From positions 3,536,001-3,600,000 of the forward strand of contig CM075997.1 of NCBI GenBank assembly GCA_038087875.1: DNA of 64,000 bases. Direction: 5' to 3'. Shown here piece by piece: positions 51,648 through 64,000 of this stretch (positions are counted from its first letter, which is position 1; each line of letters opens with the position of its first letter). The stretch is from Malacoraja senta (lineage: Eukaryota). The notes beneath the pieces are model-generated. The model had not been told where the DNA came from, made no database searches, and saw only the letters and a list, made by a program, of their open reading frames with translations. The position numbers were made by a program, and so were the translations under genes.

Positions 51648-52015
51648 ATCTATTTTCTCAGATGGCGGTAAAAGAAGATTCCAGTGGGACAGAGCAGGAG
51701 GGATCTCACTATTGTCTTGGCTAATATTCTTACACCAACCAACATCGTTAAAGAGCAGATTATCGGGCCATTTTCACGTTGTTGCTTCTTCGACCTCATT
51801 ACTTTCAAATTGGCTGCTGCATTTTCTATGTTGCTGTCTGTGTGGAGTTTGCCTGTCCTCACCATGACTGCTTAGGTTTCGCCTGCATGCTCTGGTTTCA
51901 CCCACATCCCAAAGACGCACTGGCTGGTGTCTTAAATGGCTACTCTAAATTCCCCCTAATGTCAGTGGATGGTAAAGTCTTGGGCAGTTGATGGGAAGGT
52001 GGGGAGAATAGGTTA

Positions 52016-52346
52016 AAGCCCTGTCCCACTGTACGAGCTCATTCAAGAGTTCTCCCCGAGTTTGCCCTGATTCGAACTCGGAGATTTACGGTAATGGCTA
52101 CTCGTCGGTACTCGGGGCTCTCGTGGACATTTTTCAACATGTTGATAAATCTTCATGAGTATTCCCGAGCTTACCTGCCGGTAGCGAGTCTTCCCGAGTA
52201 CCTGCCGTTAGCGTTACGAGCCGCTAAGAGACGTCCCCGAGCTCCGACGTACCTGCTACGTTCATTCTACGTGCTTACCACGAGTTTGATTAATTTTTTT
52301 TACTCGTGAGAGCACTTGAATGAACTCGTGCAGTGGGACAGGGCTA
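52016..52346. mobile_element. PIF/Harbinger-type MITE, subfamily A
   Basis: TIRs AGCCCTGTCCCACTG / CAGTGGGACAGGGCT; TTA TSD (52013-15, 52347-49). Confidence 0.88.
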
Positions 52347-52411
52347 TTACAGAGAAAATGATTAGGGGAATGAAACGGAATTACTCTGCGAGCCAGCATA
52401 GACCTGATAGG

Positions 52412-52611
52412 NNNNNNNNNNNNNNNNNNNNNNNNNNNNNNNNNNNNNNNNNNNNNNNNNNNNNNNNNNNNNNNNNNNNNNNNNNNNNNNNNNNNNNNNN
52501 NNNNNNNNNNNNNNNNNNNNNNNNNNNNNNNNNNNNNNNNNNNNNNNNNNNNNNNNNNNNNNNNNNNNNNNNNNNNNNNNNNNNNNNNNNNNNNNNNNNN
52601 NNNNNNNNNNN
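52412..52611. other. Assembly gap (200 N)
   Basis: Directly visible. Confidence 1.
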
Positions 52612-55600
52612 CTCTTGCAGCCACAGAAGCTCAGTTAAATTTTCTTTTAGTAGAGATCATCCCAGTACAATAAGAAACTAAGCAATAGAAATATTGTAAA
52701 ATGTCAAGGAGAGCATTTAGATTTTTTCTTGTTGGGAGATGCTCTTTGGCTGGTATTTACATGGTGCAAATCTTGTGTAGTTGGACATTGGATAATTCTA
52801 ATGAAGACTAAATTAGCTTGGCTGTGTAGGTCTATCTACATCAAATACAATGCAATATTTATTTTCAAAGCATGCTTGCCAAAAAAGTTATTTTGCCAGA
52901 ACACTAGATCATATTCATTGGGCATCTGTGATGTCCTCTTCCTTTAGTATATCTTAGATGTCCACTTTCTTTATTAAACATAGGTTTCCCCCTTCTGTCC
53001 CCTTACCCGTGTGTCCTCGGTGTCAATGAGTTCTGCTCTTGGTCCCTCTCCCCCTTAGATGGAACAGGGATGGAGTTCCAGCTGCCACAACCAAAATATC
53101 ATACTCCGACGTTGCTGACACTTCCAACGGAATACAACCACGAGTCACACCTTCCCATCTATACCCCTTTCCGCCTTCTGCAGAGACTGCACAACTCCTT
53201 GGTTCACTCTTCCCTTCCCACCCAACCCAACCACTCCCCAGTTGCTTTCTCCTGCAACGTATCTACTGATTCGGGTGTACTGATGTGGCGTCCTGTACAT
53301 TGGCGAGACCCGGCAACAGTTTCGCTGAACAATTGCGCTCAGTCTGCCGTCGCCTACTGGATCTCCTGGTTGCTGACCATTTTAATTCTCGTTCCTATTC
53401 CCACACTGACCTTTCGGTCATGGGCCACCTTCATTGCGAGAGCGAAAGTGAGGCCACACGCAAACTGGGGGAACCGCACCCTGTGGTAACTGAACTAGAT
53501 TTTCCCCCAAACCCTGAACTCCCATCTATTTGCCAGTCCCCACCACCCATCAGCCACATCTCCCACCCTCACCCCCACCTCCAGCTGCTTTCCTCCATTT
53601 ACCTTCACAATCCACAACTCTTCAATCCTGTCTCACATTTTCTGTTCTTATCTCTGGCCTTTGTTCCAACCATCCCCTTATCAACCCCCCCCCTCACCTC
53701 TGTCCACCTATAGCTTGCCACACTTTGTCCTGCCACTCCCCGTTTCTAGCTTTCATCTCCCCCAGCCCCTACAATCAGTCTGATGAAGGGTCTCGACCTG
53801 TAACATCACCTGTCCATGTTCTCCAGAGATACTGCCTGACCTGCTGAGTTAAGGGCCTGTCCCACTTGGGCGTCATTTGCGTGTCATTTACGCGACATCA
53901 TTTACACGTCACAACGCACGGCGCGCGCATGCCGTGCATTACGTGCTCATGACGTGCATTACGCGCGCATGGTGCGTGGTGACGTAGGCAGTGACGCACG
54001 GTCGGGCGCGGCGCACCAGGATTTTGGGATTCACAAAATCTTTGCGCGCCACCTGCGTGACGCGCAAATGACGCCCAAGTGGGACAGGCCCTTTACTCCA
54101 GCACTTTGTGTCCCTTTGTGTACTAACCAGCATCTGCAGATCTTTGTTTCCACATACCTCCGTGTATGTTGCATTTGAAGGAAGTCGTGGCAAGGAAAAA
54201 AACTGGCAGGAAAGCACATGATATGCAGAATGCTGCTTGTAATATTATTTTATGAAGTAAGATGATTTATATTTTTATTGTCTGTGTGCACGACTGTCAT
54301 TTCTGACTGACGAGTATTGCCAGTTAGCACTGAAGTATTTTTTTGTAAATTTTGCTTTTAACACTTGATCAGCTAGTTCTTGTAAGTGATTGTAGATTTA
54401 GCTACTGATGTAAACACAAGATGCTGCAGATACTGGAATCTTGAACAAAATCAAAATGCTGAAGGAACTCCGTGAGTCGGCAGCATCTGTGGAGGGAAAT
54501 GGGCTGTGAAGGGTTCCAGACCTGAAATGTCATCTATCCATTTCTCCCCGCAGATGCTGCCTGACCCACTGTTCTTCCAGCATTGCTTATTGATATGGTT
54601 TCACCATTTAAGATGAAATATATCATTCAGCATAATTGCTACCAAAATTGTTGTTGGATTTATTAGTTGATTTACTTGAGGTTTTGTTTTGCAAGAAACA
54701 AATTCAGGTGGACTCCTTATCTGGACTTAAATAGGGAATTGAGGTTGGCACCGAGCTGGTTGAAACCTTCCAATAGTCCGCTGCCCTCAATTCCCCAATA
54801 CATGCCGGGTGTGTTATTGCAATTCAATTATTTTTTAGCTGATTTGAACTGCTTCATTTCCCTGCTCTTCCACTGACTGAGCCTCAGGGCTGTCGTGGGA
54901 AATACTTAATTGCTGTTAAGTGTGGAAAGGATTGATTGGTTCACTAGCAATTTCTCCAAACACTACTCCCGCTGCCAACCTCACCCCCAGACTTCGCCCC
55001 ACTCCCGTGTCTCTATTCCAGCTTTCTCCCCCCACTCCAGCAGTCTGAAGAAGTCCCAACCCTCCTCTGATGCTGCCTGACCTGCTTCCAGCACTTTGCT
55101 TTTTCACCATCTCAGCACGTTGTGTAGCAATTTGTAACCGTTTAATTGTGGTTATTAGTTATGCTCAAAATTCAGAGAATATATGTCCCGTCATTTTTTA
55201 AATACCGATTGAACATGACTTTTTTTCCACATTTTATTTCAACAATGTAATAAAATTGGCTGATAGAATTGAGTGATCTGTCAGATTAATTGCTTTTAGT
55301 TTCACCTGCCTAAAAGTGAAACTGAAAGATTTTGTACTAGTATTATAAAATATGCCAATCTTCAGAGAGTAAATAAAGAACAGGAGAGGATAGAATGTAA
55401 TGAAAGGGTATGTTACCCTTGTGTAAGTCGGGGAGTGCCTGTACCCTTAGAATCATAGTCATATAGCACAGAAACAGGCCCTTCTATACTAATCTCATTT
55501 AGCAGCATTTGGTCTGTAGCCTTTTATGCCGTGACAATTCAAATGTTTATAGAAAAAGGTCTTACATTTTGTTAGAGTATCTGTCTCCCATCACCCACTG

Positions 55601-57445
55601 CCTTTCAGATTCCAAACATCCTCAAGATGAAAAATTCTTCTTCGGATTTCGTCTGAACATTTTGCTCTTTAGACTAACCCTATGCCTTTGAGTTTTAGGC
55701 AGTTACTTGTCCAAACCTGTCCAAATGTATGGTCTTCTAATGGATCATGTAGCAAGGTGAGGCAGCTGAAGTTACTTGGTGCAAGGAGAGTAGGTGCATG
55801 GGGTGCTGGACACGAGGGAGCCACTCACAATTATTATGGATGGACTGTTGTGGTTACTTGGCTCTTTTGCTTTGCCCATGAGGGCAGTCCCTTCATTGCC
55901 CTCAGAGAAGGATTGCTCTACATGTGTGCTCTGCACAGGTACTATAGTAAAGCGGTCCAATTTAAAGACTGGGAAATGAAAAGCTACCTATTAATTTAGG
56001 AATCTGGCAAGGCTGCTCACTTCTCTATCTAGTTTATGTCCAGTGCTGATCCAAAAGGATGGACTTCAGTGGGTAACAATGCCAGGCCACGGGAACTCAG
56101 GTCAAAGCTTCCCTTTACTTTGATGTTAATTAGTTTTACTTGCACCCATGTTCGGACTGCAGATAGTTCAGACTAGCATCTGCAACAAGATGGGCCTCTG
56201 GCCAAGTCAACCACAACAAGAGCGAGGTCATATTCTTTGGCCCAACAAACCTTCTGTTCCCTTTATTGTCAGATCCAACATCCTGAAGGTGCTGGGAATC
56301 TTGTTCTGAGGAGCTAGAGCTTGGAGCAAAAATGGTCTGGTGAACAGCCAAGGTGAAATAAAAATTGGAAATTTTGGAGTGCGGCTCCTTCTCGATTGCA
56401 AGACTGGCCATCGAGTGCAAGGTGGTCTTTATGTTGCTGGGTGCGGTGCAGGTGTGGTCCAAACCCATTCTTATGCTCAGCAATCATCTTCATCTGGAGA
56501 TCCAGAATGGATCGTATCTGTCGGATTGTGATGTACAAGTCTTCAGAGAAAGGGGAAAAACCTACCCAACATCATCTTTGATGGCCAAGTTTGATTGTGA
56601 CTGCACAAAGCTGTGCATAGGGCCCTCAGCATGTAACTAGCAAACGTCAAGTTATGCTGAGGTTCCACCTGCCATTGATTGAACAAATGGGACTAGTCTA
56701 GATGGGGCATCTTGATCAGCATAGACAAGTTGAGCCAAAAGCCCTGTTTCCATGCTGTATGACTGACTCAAAGGGTGGGACTGGTCTCGTTGCCGTGCAC
56801 TGTTCCATTCAATCGCACCTTGGGGCACTACCTGCCCTTGATAGAATGTTTCTGTAAATAAACGCGTTTGACCACAAGTCCATCAGGCTGTGGTCAGCGC
56901 AGAATATTCTGCAACCCTAAAGGGAAATGGAGACGGTGGATCCCGTGGAATGGCACCCCAAGCACTTTGTCAAAGTCTTATAGCATAACACCTCATCGCC
57001 AGAACTCAGGAATAAACACAAAGATCTTGGCTGACAGTGGGAGAGACCTTCCCATATTATTCCTGCAGTCAGGCCTCATTCCCACCACACATGAAATGAT
57101 CGTCTACCCCAATCTGGACTCTGTTTGCCAAAAAGAACCAGGAAAGGATGCAGAGGTCCTTGTTGCGGTTCACCCCATGCAGCTGCAAAACACAGGATTC
57201 TGTGGTCTGTGGGCTGCTCCCAAGGATGCATATTGAGACAAATATCAATTGCTGCTTTGGAGTGCATGAAACTTGTTCATCTTTCAATATAATTTGCACG
57301 CAAGTAAATGCTGCTGACTGGTACATTCCAAGGTGGTGGAAGCGCTGCCAAGGGTTGCACCGAAGTCCGTACACCATAAAATGATAGTAGAACGAATGTA
57401 GAGAAAGTCGAGCCCTGGTTATGTTTACTATGTATCTAGATAATT

Positions 57446-57519
<74 letters not shown>

Positions 57520-60500
57520 TTTAAATTCACCTTTTCCTTTATCTTGTATGTGTTGATCTAACTGGCCCTCAAATACATCAAGTTGAGCAACTGGGTTACT
57601 GATTTGTGACTCTGAATTTAGAGTGCCTTTGCTCTTTAACATTACTAGCCTTTCCCCAAATCAAAATATAGTTATTAAACAAAGATGTAACCAATCTAAC
57701 ACTCTGATTGATTAAGTTTTAGTCAATTTTCACTATGTTCCACCATCTTATCAACTTTTCAATTTTCCTTATTTAAAAATTGTCTGCCAATGTTGACACA
57801 TCTTTATATCTACATGTCAAAGTCGTTCATGGAAGAGATATAGCAAAGTCTTGTGGGATAGTTTAGCATTTCCTCGCACTCTGAGAACCTGCACTAACTC
57901 TCCTCTGTTTCCTGCCTTCACACCAAGCTTTAATCCAATTTGCAATCCTTTCCCTTAAAAATTTCACATCTCTTATTCCTCAACAGTCTCCTCTGTGATA
58001 ATTTGTCATGGGTCTTCTAAGAGTTTGCGTATGCCGCATCTGCTGCATTTACTCACCACGTTTATCGCCACCTGAAAGAACTTAGCTTGTTAAGCACGAT
58101 CTTGCAGTCTGAAATCGGTGGTTCCCTTTTACTTTTTTTAAACTTACAGCAATTTTCTGTTCAATTACAAATTCCAGAATTTGATATAAATTAATATCAA
58201 ACCAACCAGTTTGTAAATTGTGTTTTCTCTTCATGAATATGAGTATTTTATATTAAGTGCTCCAGTGTCCTCTGAGAAAATTCTCAATCAAATATTTAAA
58301 TATAATTTAAAGTGCCTCTACTATCAATTCTCTTGCAGTGCTTGGATATATCGTGTCAGGTTTCAGCACTTTGTAGGAGCTTCTGGCACACATCTCGTAT
58401 GCAATGGTTTAGAAAAGCATTTGTATGGAAAGGAACTGTAGATGCTGGTATATACGAAAGATATTCACAAAGTGCTGGAGTAACTCAACAGGCCAGGCAG
58501 CAACTTTGGAGAACAAGGGTGGGTGACGTTTCAGGTCGGGACCCTTCTTCAGTCCGAAACTTCACCCATCCTTTTTCTCCAGAGATGCTACTTAACCTGC
58601 TGAGTTACTCCAGCACTTTGTGTCTATCTTTAGAAACCCATTTCATTAGCTAGAAGGGGATTTGGATACAGAAGTTGGTAAAGACTTTAAATAAATGAAG
58701 GTCTTTAAATTAATAAACTATCCAAATATTTTATTTCTGAAAAACATATTTTAGTTATTAATCAATTATTAGTTTACCAATGGCCATTATTCCTTTTTCT
58801 ATACTTCCTTAAAGGTGGCATCACAGGTAGTAGATAGGGTGGTCAAAAAGGCTTTTGGCACATTGGCTTTCATCAGTCAGAGTATTGTGTATAGAAGTTG
58901 GGAGGTCATGTTGCAGTTATACAAGATAGTGGTGAGGTTGTATTTAGAGTATTGTGTTCAGTTCTGGGCACCGTGTTATAGGAAAGATGTCAAGCTGGAA
59001 AGGGTACAGAGAAAAATTATGAGGATGTTGCCAGGACTCGAGGGTTTGAGCTATAGGGAGAGGTTGAGCAGGCTGGGGGACTCTATTCCTTGGAGCACAG
59101 GAGGATGAGGGGTAATCTTATAGAGGTGTATAAAATTATGAGAGGCATAGATCGGGTAGACACACAGTCTCCTGCCCAGAGTATATGGGTATCTAGAACC
59201 AGAGAACATAGGTTTAAGTTGAAGGGTCAATGATTTAATAGGAATCTGAAGGGTAATCTTTTCACACAAAAGGTGGTGGGTGTATGGAACGAACTGCCAG
59301 TTGAGGCAGGGACTATTGCAATGTTTAAGAAACAAATAGACAGGTACATGATTAGGAAAGGTTTAGAGATGATATGGGCCATAGGTAGGCAGGTGGGACT
59401 CGTTGGTTGGCATGGGCATGTTGGTTGGCATGGCAAGATGGGCTGAGGGGACTGTTTCCTTGCTGTATGACTCTATAACTCTAAAGGCATTTGTGTAGAA
59501 AGGAACTGCAGATGCTGCTACAAACTGAAGATAGACACAAAGTACGGGAGTAACTCAGCACGTCAGGCAGCATCTCTGGCGCCGTGAGGCAGCAGCTCTA
59601 CCAGCTGCTCAAATTTCTAAAAGTTAACTTGCAAAAATAGCAAATCAGTTAGAAAGGGGAATGGTATGTTGACCTTTAACCGAGGATTTGAGTACTTCGG
59701 TGAAAACATCTGACCGCAATTATATAGGCGTCTGGTGAGGCTCTATGGCAACATTTGTGTTTAGGTTCAGATCTTCCACCTATGGAAGAATGTACTTGGA
59801 ATGGGAGGGAGAACATTGAGGGCTCACTTGAGTAATTCCTGGGATGGTGAGTTTGTTCTATGAGGAAGTCTTGAATTTAGAAACATGAGAAATGATTTCA
59901 TTCAAACATAACAAGATTTTTAAGGGACTTCACAAAGTATGTCCATGAATAATATTTCCCCTAATGGTGGTAAATAGAACCTGGGCCACAACATCAGAAT
60001 AGGGGTTTACCAATCAGAGGTGAGGAGAAATTTCTTTATCCATCAGGAGGATTTGGACCATTATTCACTGAATATTTTTAAGACAACAACTGGTGGATTA
60101 GTTTAGTTTATAGATATGGCGTGGAAATAGGCCCTTCAGCCCACTGTGTCCGCACCGACCAGTGATCCCTATGCATTAACACTACCCTACTTCTTCTTCT
60201 TCTTGCGTATGGCATGCACAGCCTAAAGTTGTAGGACAACTTGTTCTATTTGATCTTATTTGGTTGATTGCATTCGTCGAAACAGGGAAGGTTGCAATCT
60301 CCCACCCCCAACACTACCCTACACACACGAGGGACAATTTTACATTTACACCAAGCCAATGAACCTGCAAACCTGTACGTCTTTGGAGTGTGAGAGAAAA
60401 CCGAAGATCTCGGAGAAAACCCACACAGGTCACGGGGAGAACGTACAAACTCCGTACAGACAAACACCCGTAGTCAGGATTTTGGATATTAACGGAATGA

Positions 60501-63500
60501 AGCAATATGAGTTTAGTGAAAGAAAGTGAGACGAAGGAAAAGGATCGGCATGATTGTATTGAATGCCAGAGCAGGCATGAGGGCACGAATGGATGCGACT
60601 GCTGTTTTATTTCTTGTGTCTTATGCCAAAGTCAGTCACTCTCACCTCGCTTCGCTAATTCATGGCTTTTATCAATGTCTGGACCAAAGCCACAATGATG
60701 ACTTGAGCCGAGCAGTCTCGGTCTGTTGATGCAGAGGCAGCATCTGTACCTGACACCTTTTTTGTTAGACTTCTGTTTGCAGAGAAATGGTTGCTCTGAT
60801 GTTGAGAAAAAAGCTGCTCTGCGATCACCACAAGTAATAACAAAGAGTTTCCAGCAGCTTGACTTCAGAAAAGGGCAGAATTGCCATGTGTTATTTTTGT
60901 TTCTCTTCTGCCGGTAATAATTATTGGCACACAGGGGCTGAAGCATTCTGGCTACTATTTGGAGACTCAATTTCCTTACTGTTAACAACCAGACAAGAAA
61001 AAATGCTCATAAATAAAACTTAACTGGCCGCAGAACAAAACCACCTAACTAATTAATCACTCCCTCATTGTTACCAAAATCCTTTCAATTTGCATATTAA
61101 TTAGCTGCAGATTAATACTATGATTAAAACGAGATGAATTGGGTTTAATAGATTAACATGGAATGATCAAACTCAGATGTGTGTCTGTCTGCATGGTGCT
61201 TAATCATTGTATGATAAATATTGTCATGTGTGACTGGAGGGCCTAAACATAGCAGACAAATCTTTTCGATTTGTTGTTCAGAATAGGCATTCAAGCTGTG
61301 ACATACAGTGCCCTCCATAATGTTTGGGACAAAGACCCATCATTTATTTATTTGCCTCTGTACTCCACAATTTGAGATTTGTAATAGAAAAAAAATCACA
61401 TGCGGTTAAAGTGCACATTGTCAGATTTTAATAAAGGCCATTTTTTATACATTTTGGTTTCACCATGTTGAAATTACAGCTGTGTTTATACATAGTCCCC
61501 ATTTCAGGGCACCATAATGTTTGGGACACAGCAATGTAATGTAAATGAAAGGAGTCATGTTTAGTATTTTGTTGCAGATCCTTTGCATGCAATGACTGGT
61601 TGAAGTCTGTGATTCATGGATATCACCAGTTGCTGGGTGTCTTCTCTGGTGATGCCCTGCCAGGCCTGTATTGCAGCCATCGTAGCTTATGCTTGTTTTG
61701 GGGGCTAGTCCCCTTCAGTTTTCTCTTCAGCATATAAAAGGCATGCTCAATTGGGTTCAGATCGAGTGATTGACTTGGCCACTCAAGCATTGACCATTTT
61801 TTAGCTTTGAAAAACTCCGTTGTTGCTTTAGCAGTATGTTTGGGATCATTGTCTTGCTGTAGAATGAACCACCGGCCAATGAGTTTTGAGACATTTATTT
61901 GAACTTGAGCAGATAGGATGTGTCTATACACTTCAGAATTTATTATGCTACTACCATCAGCAGTTATATCATCAATGAAGATAAGTGAGCCAGTACCTTC
62001 AGCAGCCATACATGCCCAGGCCATAACACCCCACCATCGTGTGTTTCACAGATGAGGTGGTATGCTTTGGATCTTGGGCAGTTCCTTCTCTCTTCCATAT
62101 TTTGCTCTTGCCATCACTCTAATATGTTAATCTTCGTCTCATCTGTCCACAAGACCATTTTCCAGAACTGTGGTAGCTCTTTTAAGTGCTTCTTGGCAAA
62201 CTGTAACCTGGCCATCCTATTTGTGCGGTTAACCAGTGGTTTGCATCTTGCAGTGTAGCCTCTGTATTTCCATTCAAAAGTATTCTGCGAAATGTGGTCA
62301 TTAACAAATCCACTCATTGCTGAAGAGTGTTTCTGATCTGTCGGACAGGTGTTTGGGGATTTTTCTTTATTATAGAGATAATTCTTCTGTCATCAGCTGT
62401 GGAGGTCTTCCTTGGCCTGCTAGTCCCTTTGCGATTAGTAAGCTCACCAGTGCTCTCTTTCTTCTTAATGATGTGCCAAACAGTTGATTTTGATAAGCAT
62501 AAGGTTTGTCTGATGTCTCCAACAGTTTTATTCTTGTTTCTCAGTCTCATAATGGCTTCTTTGACTTTCATTGGCACAACTTGGGTCCTCATGTTGATAA
62601 ACATCAATAAAAGTTTCCAAAGGTGATGGAAAGACTGGAGGAAAGACTAGGTGCTGAGAGCTCTCTTATACCTGCATTAAGGAGCCATTTAAACACACCT
62701 GAGCAATTACAAACACCTGTGAAGCCATGTGTCCCAAACATTATGGTGCCCTGAAATGGGAGGGACTATGTATAAACACAGCTGTAATTTCTACATGGTG
62801 AAACCAAAATGTATAAAAATGGCCTTAAAATCTGACAATGTGCACTTTAACCACATGTGATTTTTTTTCTATTACAAATCACAAATTGTGGAGTACAGAG
62901 GCAAATAAATAAATGATGGGTCTTTGTCCCAAACATGGAGGGCACTGTGTATGCTACAGGTGGAGTCTGAGTTAGAGAAACTAGGTTAATCAGTTAGAGC
63001 TGGCTGCAGGAATACAAAGAGGTTCCTTGGCTTAAGATGCTTGCTTGGTAATGCTGATAATCACAGGAACCCTGAATTAAATAATTCAATGTTGCAAGGG
63101 AAATGTTAAAGAGATACAGCACAGAAACAGGCCCACCAAGTCTGCGCCGACCACAATCCCCGCACACTAACACTATCATACGCACACTAGGGACAATTTA
63201 CAATTGTACCAAGCCAGATAACCTACAAACCTGTACTGTCTTTGGAGTGTGGGAGGAAACTGGAGACCCGGAGAAAACCCATGCAGGCCACAGGGAGAAC
63301 GTACAAACTCCGTACAGACAGCACCTGTAGTCAGGATCGAAGCCGGGTCTCCGGAGCTTTCAAGCAGCAACTCTACTCTGCCGCCAACAGAATAGCTTTA
63401 CAGAAATGATCAGCAGACTTTCAAGTGTTTTTATGTAGGGAGTAAGTTCACTGATGCATTTACACACTAAGCTATTACCTGATGTAGTACAGAACGGCAT

Positions 63501-64000
63501 AGACTCCAAGATCTTAAATTCAGAAACCAATATAGACTAAAGGGAATATATTTGCTTTACAAGGATGCCTCTGAGATAAGAAAGTTGTAAGAAGCAAACA
63601 TTCTTCGGTATGAGTGGCTGTCTCGGTTAAGTGCAGCAAGCAGAAAGGTAAATGCTGGCACTACTTGTATCAGCCAAATCTAGAAATCCTTGACCAAAAT
63701 AACTTTCATCCTGCACTCTGGCTCGTTTTGGGCATCCAATGTTCCACCATTGTTGTACCTGCCATTACCACTAGCAGGTCAGATTCAGCAGTTTCAGAAC
63801 TACTGATTGAAATGTCCCTGTATCTTAAATGTTGTACAAGCTGATCACTGCCAAGCTGGTTGAAAAAAGATAGAATTTGTTGTTCCAGCAGTTTAAAAAA
63901 AAAGTATGTTTTAAAATGGAGGCAATAAAGTCGTAGAGAGTTACAACACTGAAACTGTACCTCTGAATTTGCTCCGACCATCAACCAGCCATTATGAAAC
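52612..64000 (+). repeat. Direct duplicate of 39044-50432 (offset 13568), probable assembly artefact
   Basis: All listed ORFs recur with identical translation at a constant offset; the copy starts exactly at the gap edge. Confidence 0.97.
61306..62947 (-). mobile_element. Duplicate of the Tc1-like element
   Basis: Matches 47738-49379 at +13568. Confidence 0.93.

Noticed and set aside
60191..60309. Third independent copy of the HDV-headed element
   Set aside because: It is the copy of 46623-46741 inside the probable false duplication, with the same TSD and flanks.

Overview
Repeat-rich, essentially non-coding vertebrate DNA. The HE1/V-SINE-type, CR1, Penelope, Rex1 and Tx1 repeat spectrum points to a cartilaginous fish, probably a skate or ray (inference). 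The window looks like the inside of very large introns. The only host-gene signal I can support is a 22-nt + strand micro-exon candidate at 37577-37598 (IPDEFDN...), and I cannot name the gene. No long ORF in the track is a host gene; the recognisable ones are transposon relics (Penelope GIY-YIG, CR1 and Tx1 ORF2, a Tc1 DD34E transposase). The last 11.4 kb (52612-64000), after a 200-N gap, duplicates 39044-50432 and is most likely an unmerged contig overlap. The most interesting signals are RNA-structural. (1) A ~120-135 bp TSD-flanked retroposon family whose 5' end folds as a minimal HDV-like ribozyme and whose 3' end is a (GAA)n tail. (2) Many short Penelope-derived insertions carrying a minimal hammerhead-ribozyme core, often as palindromes with a core on each strand; one captured an inverted copy of its own flank. 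(3) A ~450-bp-arm inverted duplication, later split by a CR1. (4) Three PIF/Harbinger MITE subfamilies sharing one TIR. All coordinates and folds were read by eye, with no searches or folding programs.
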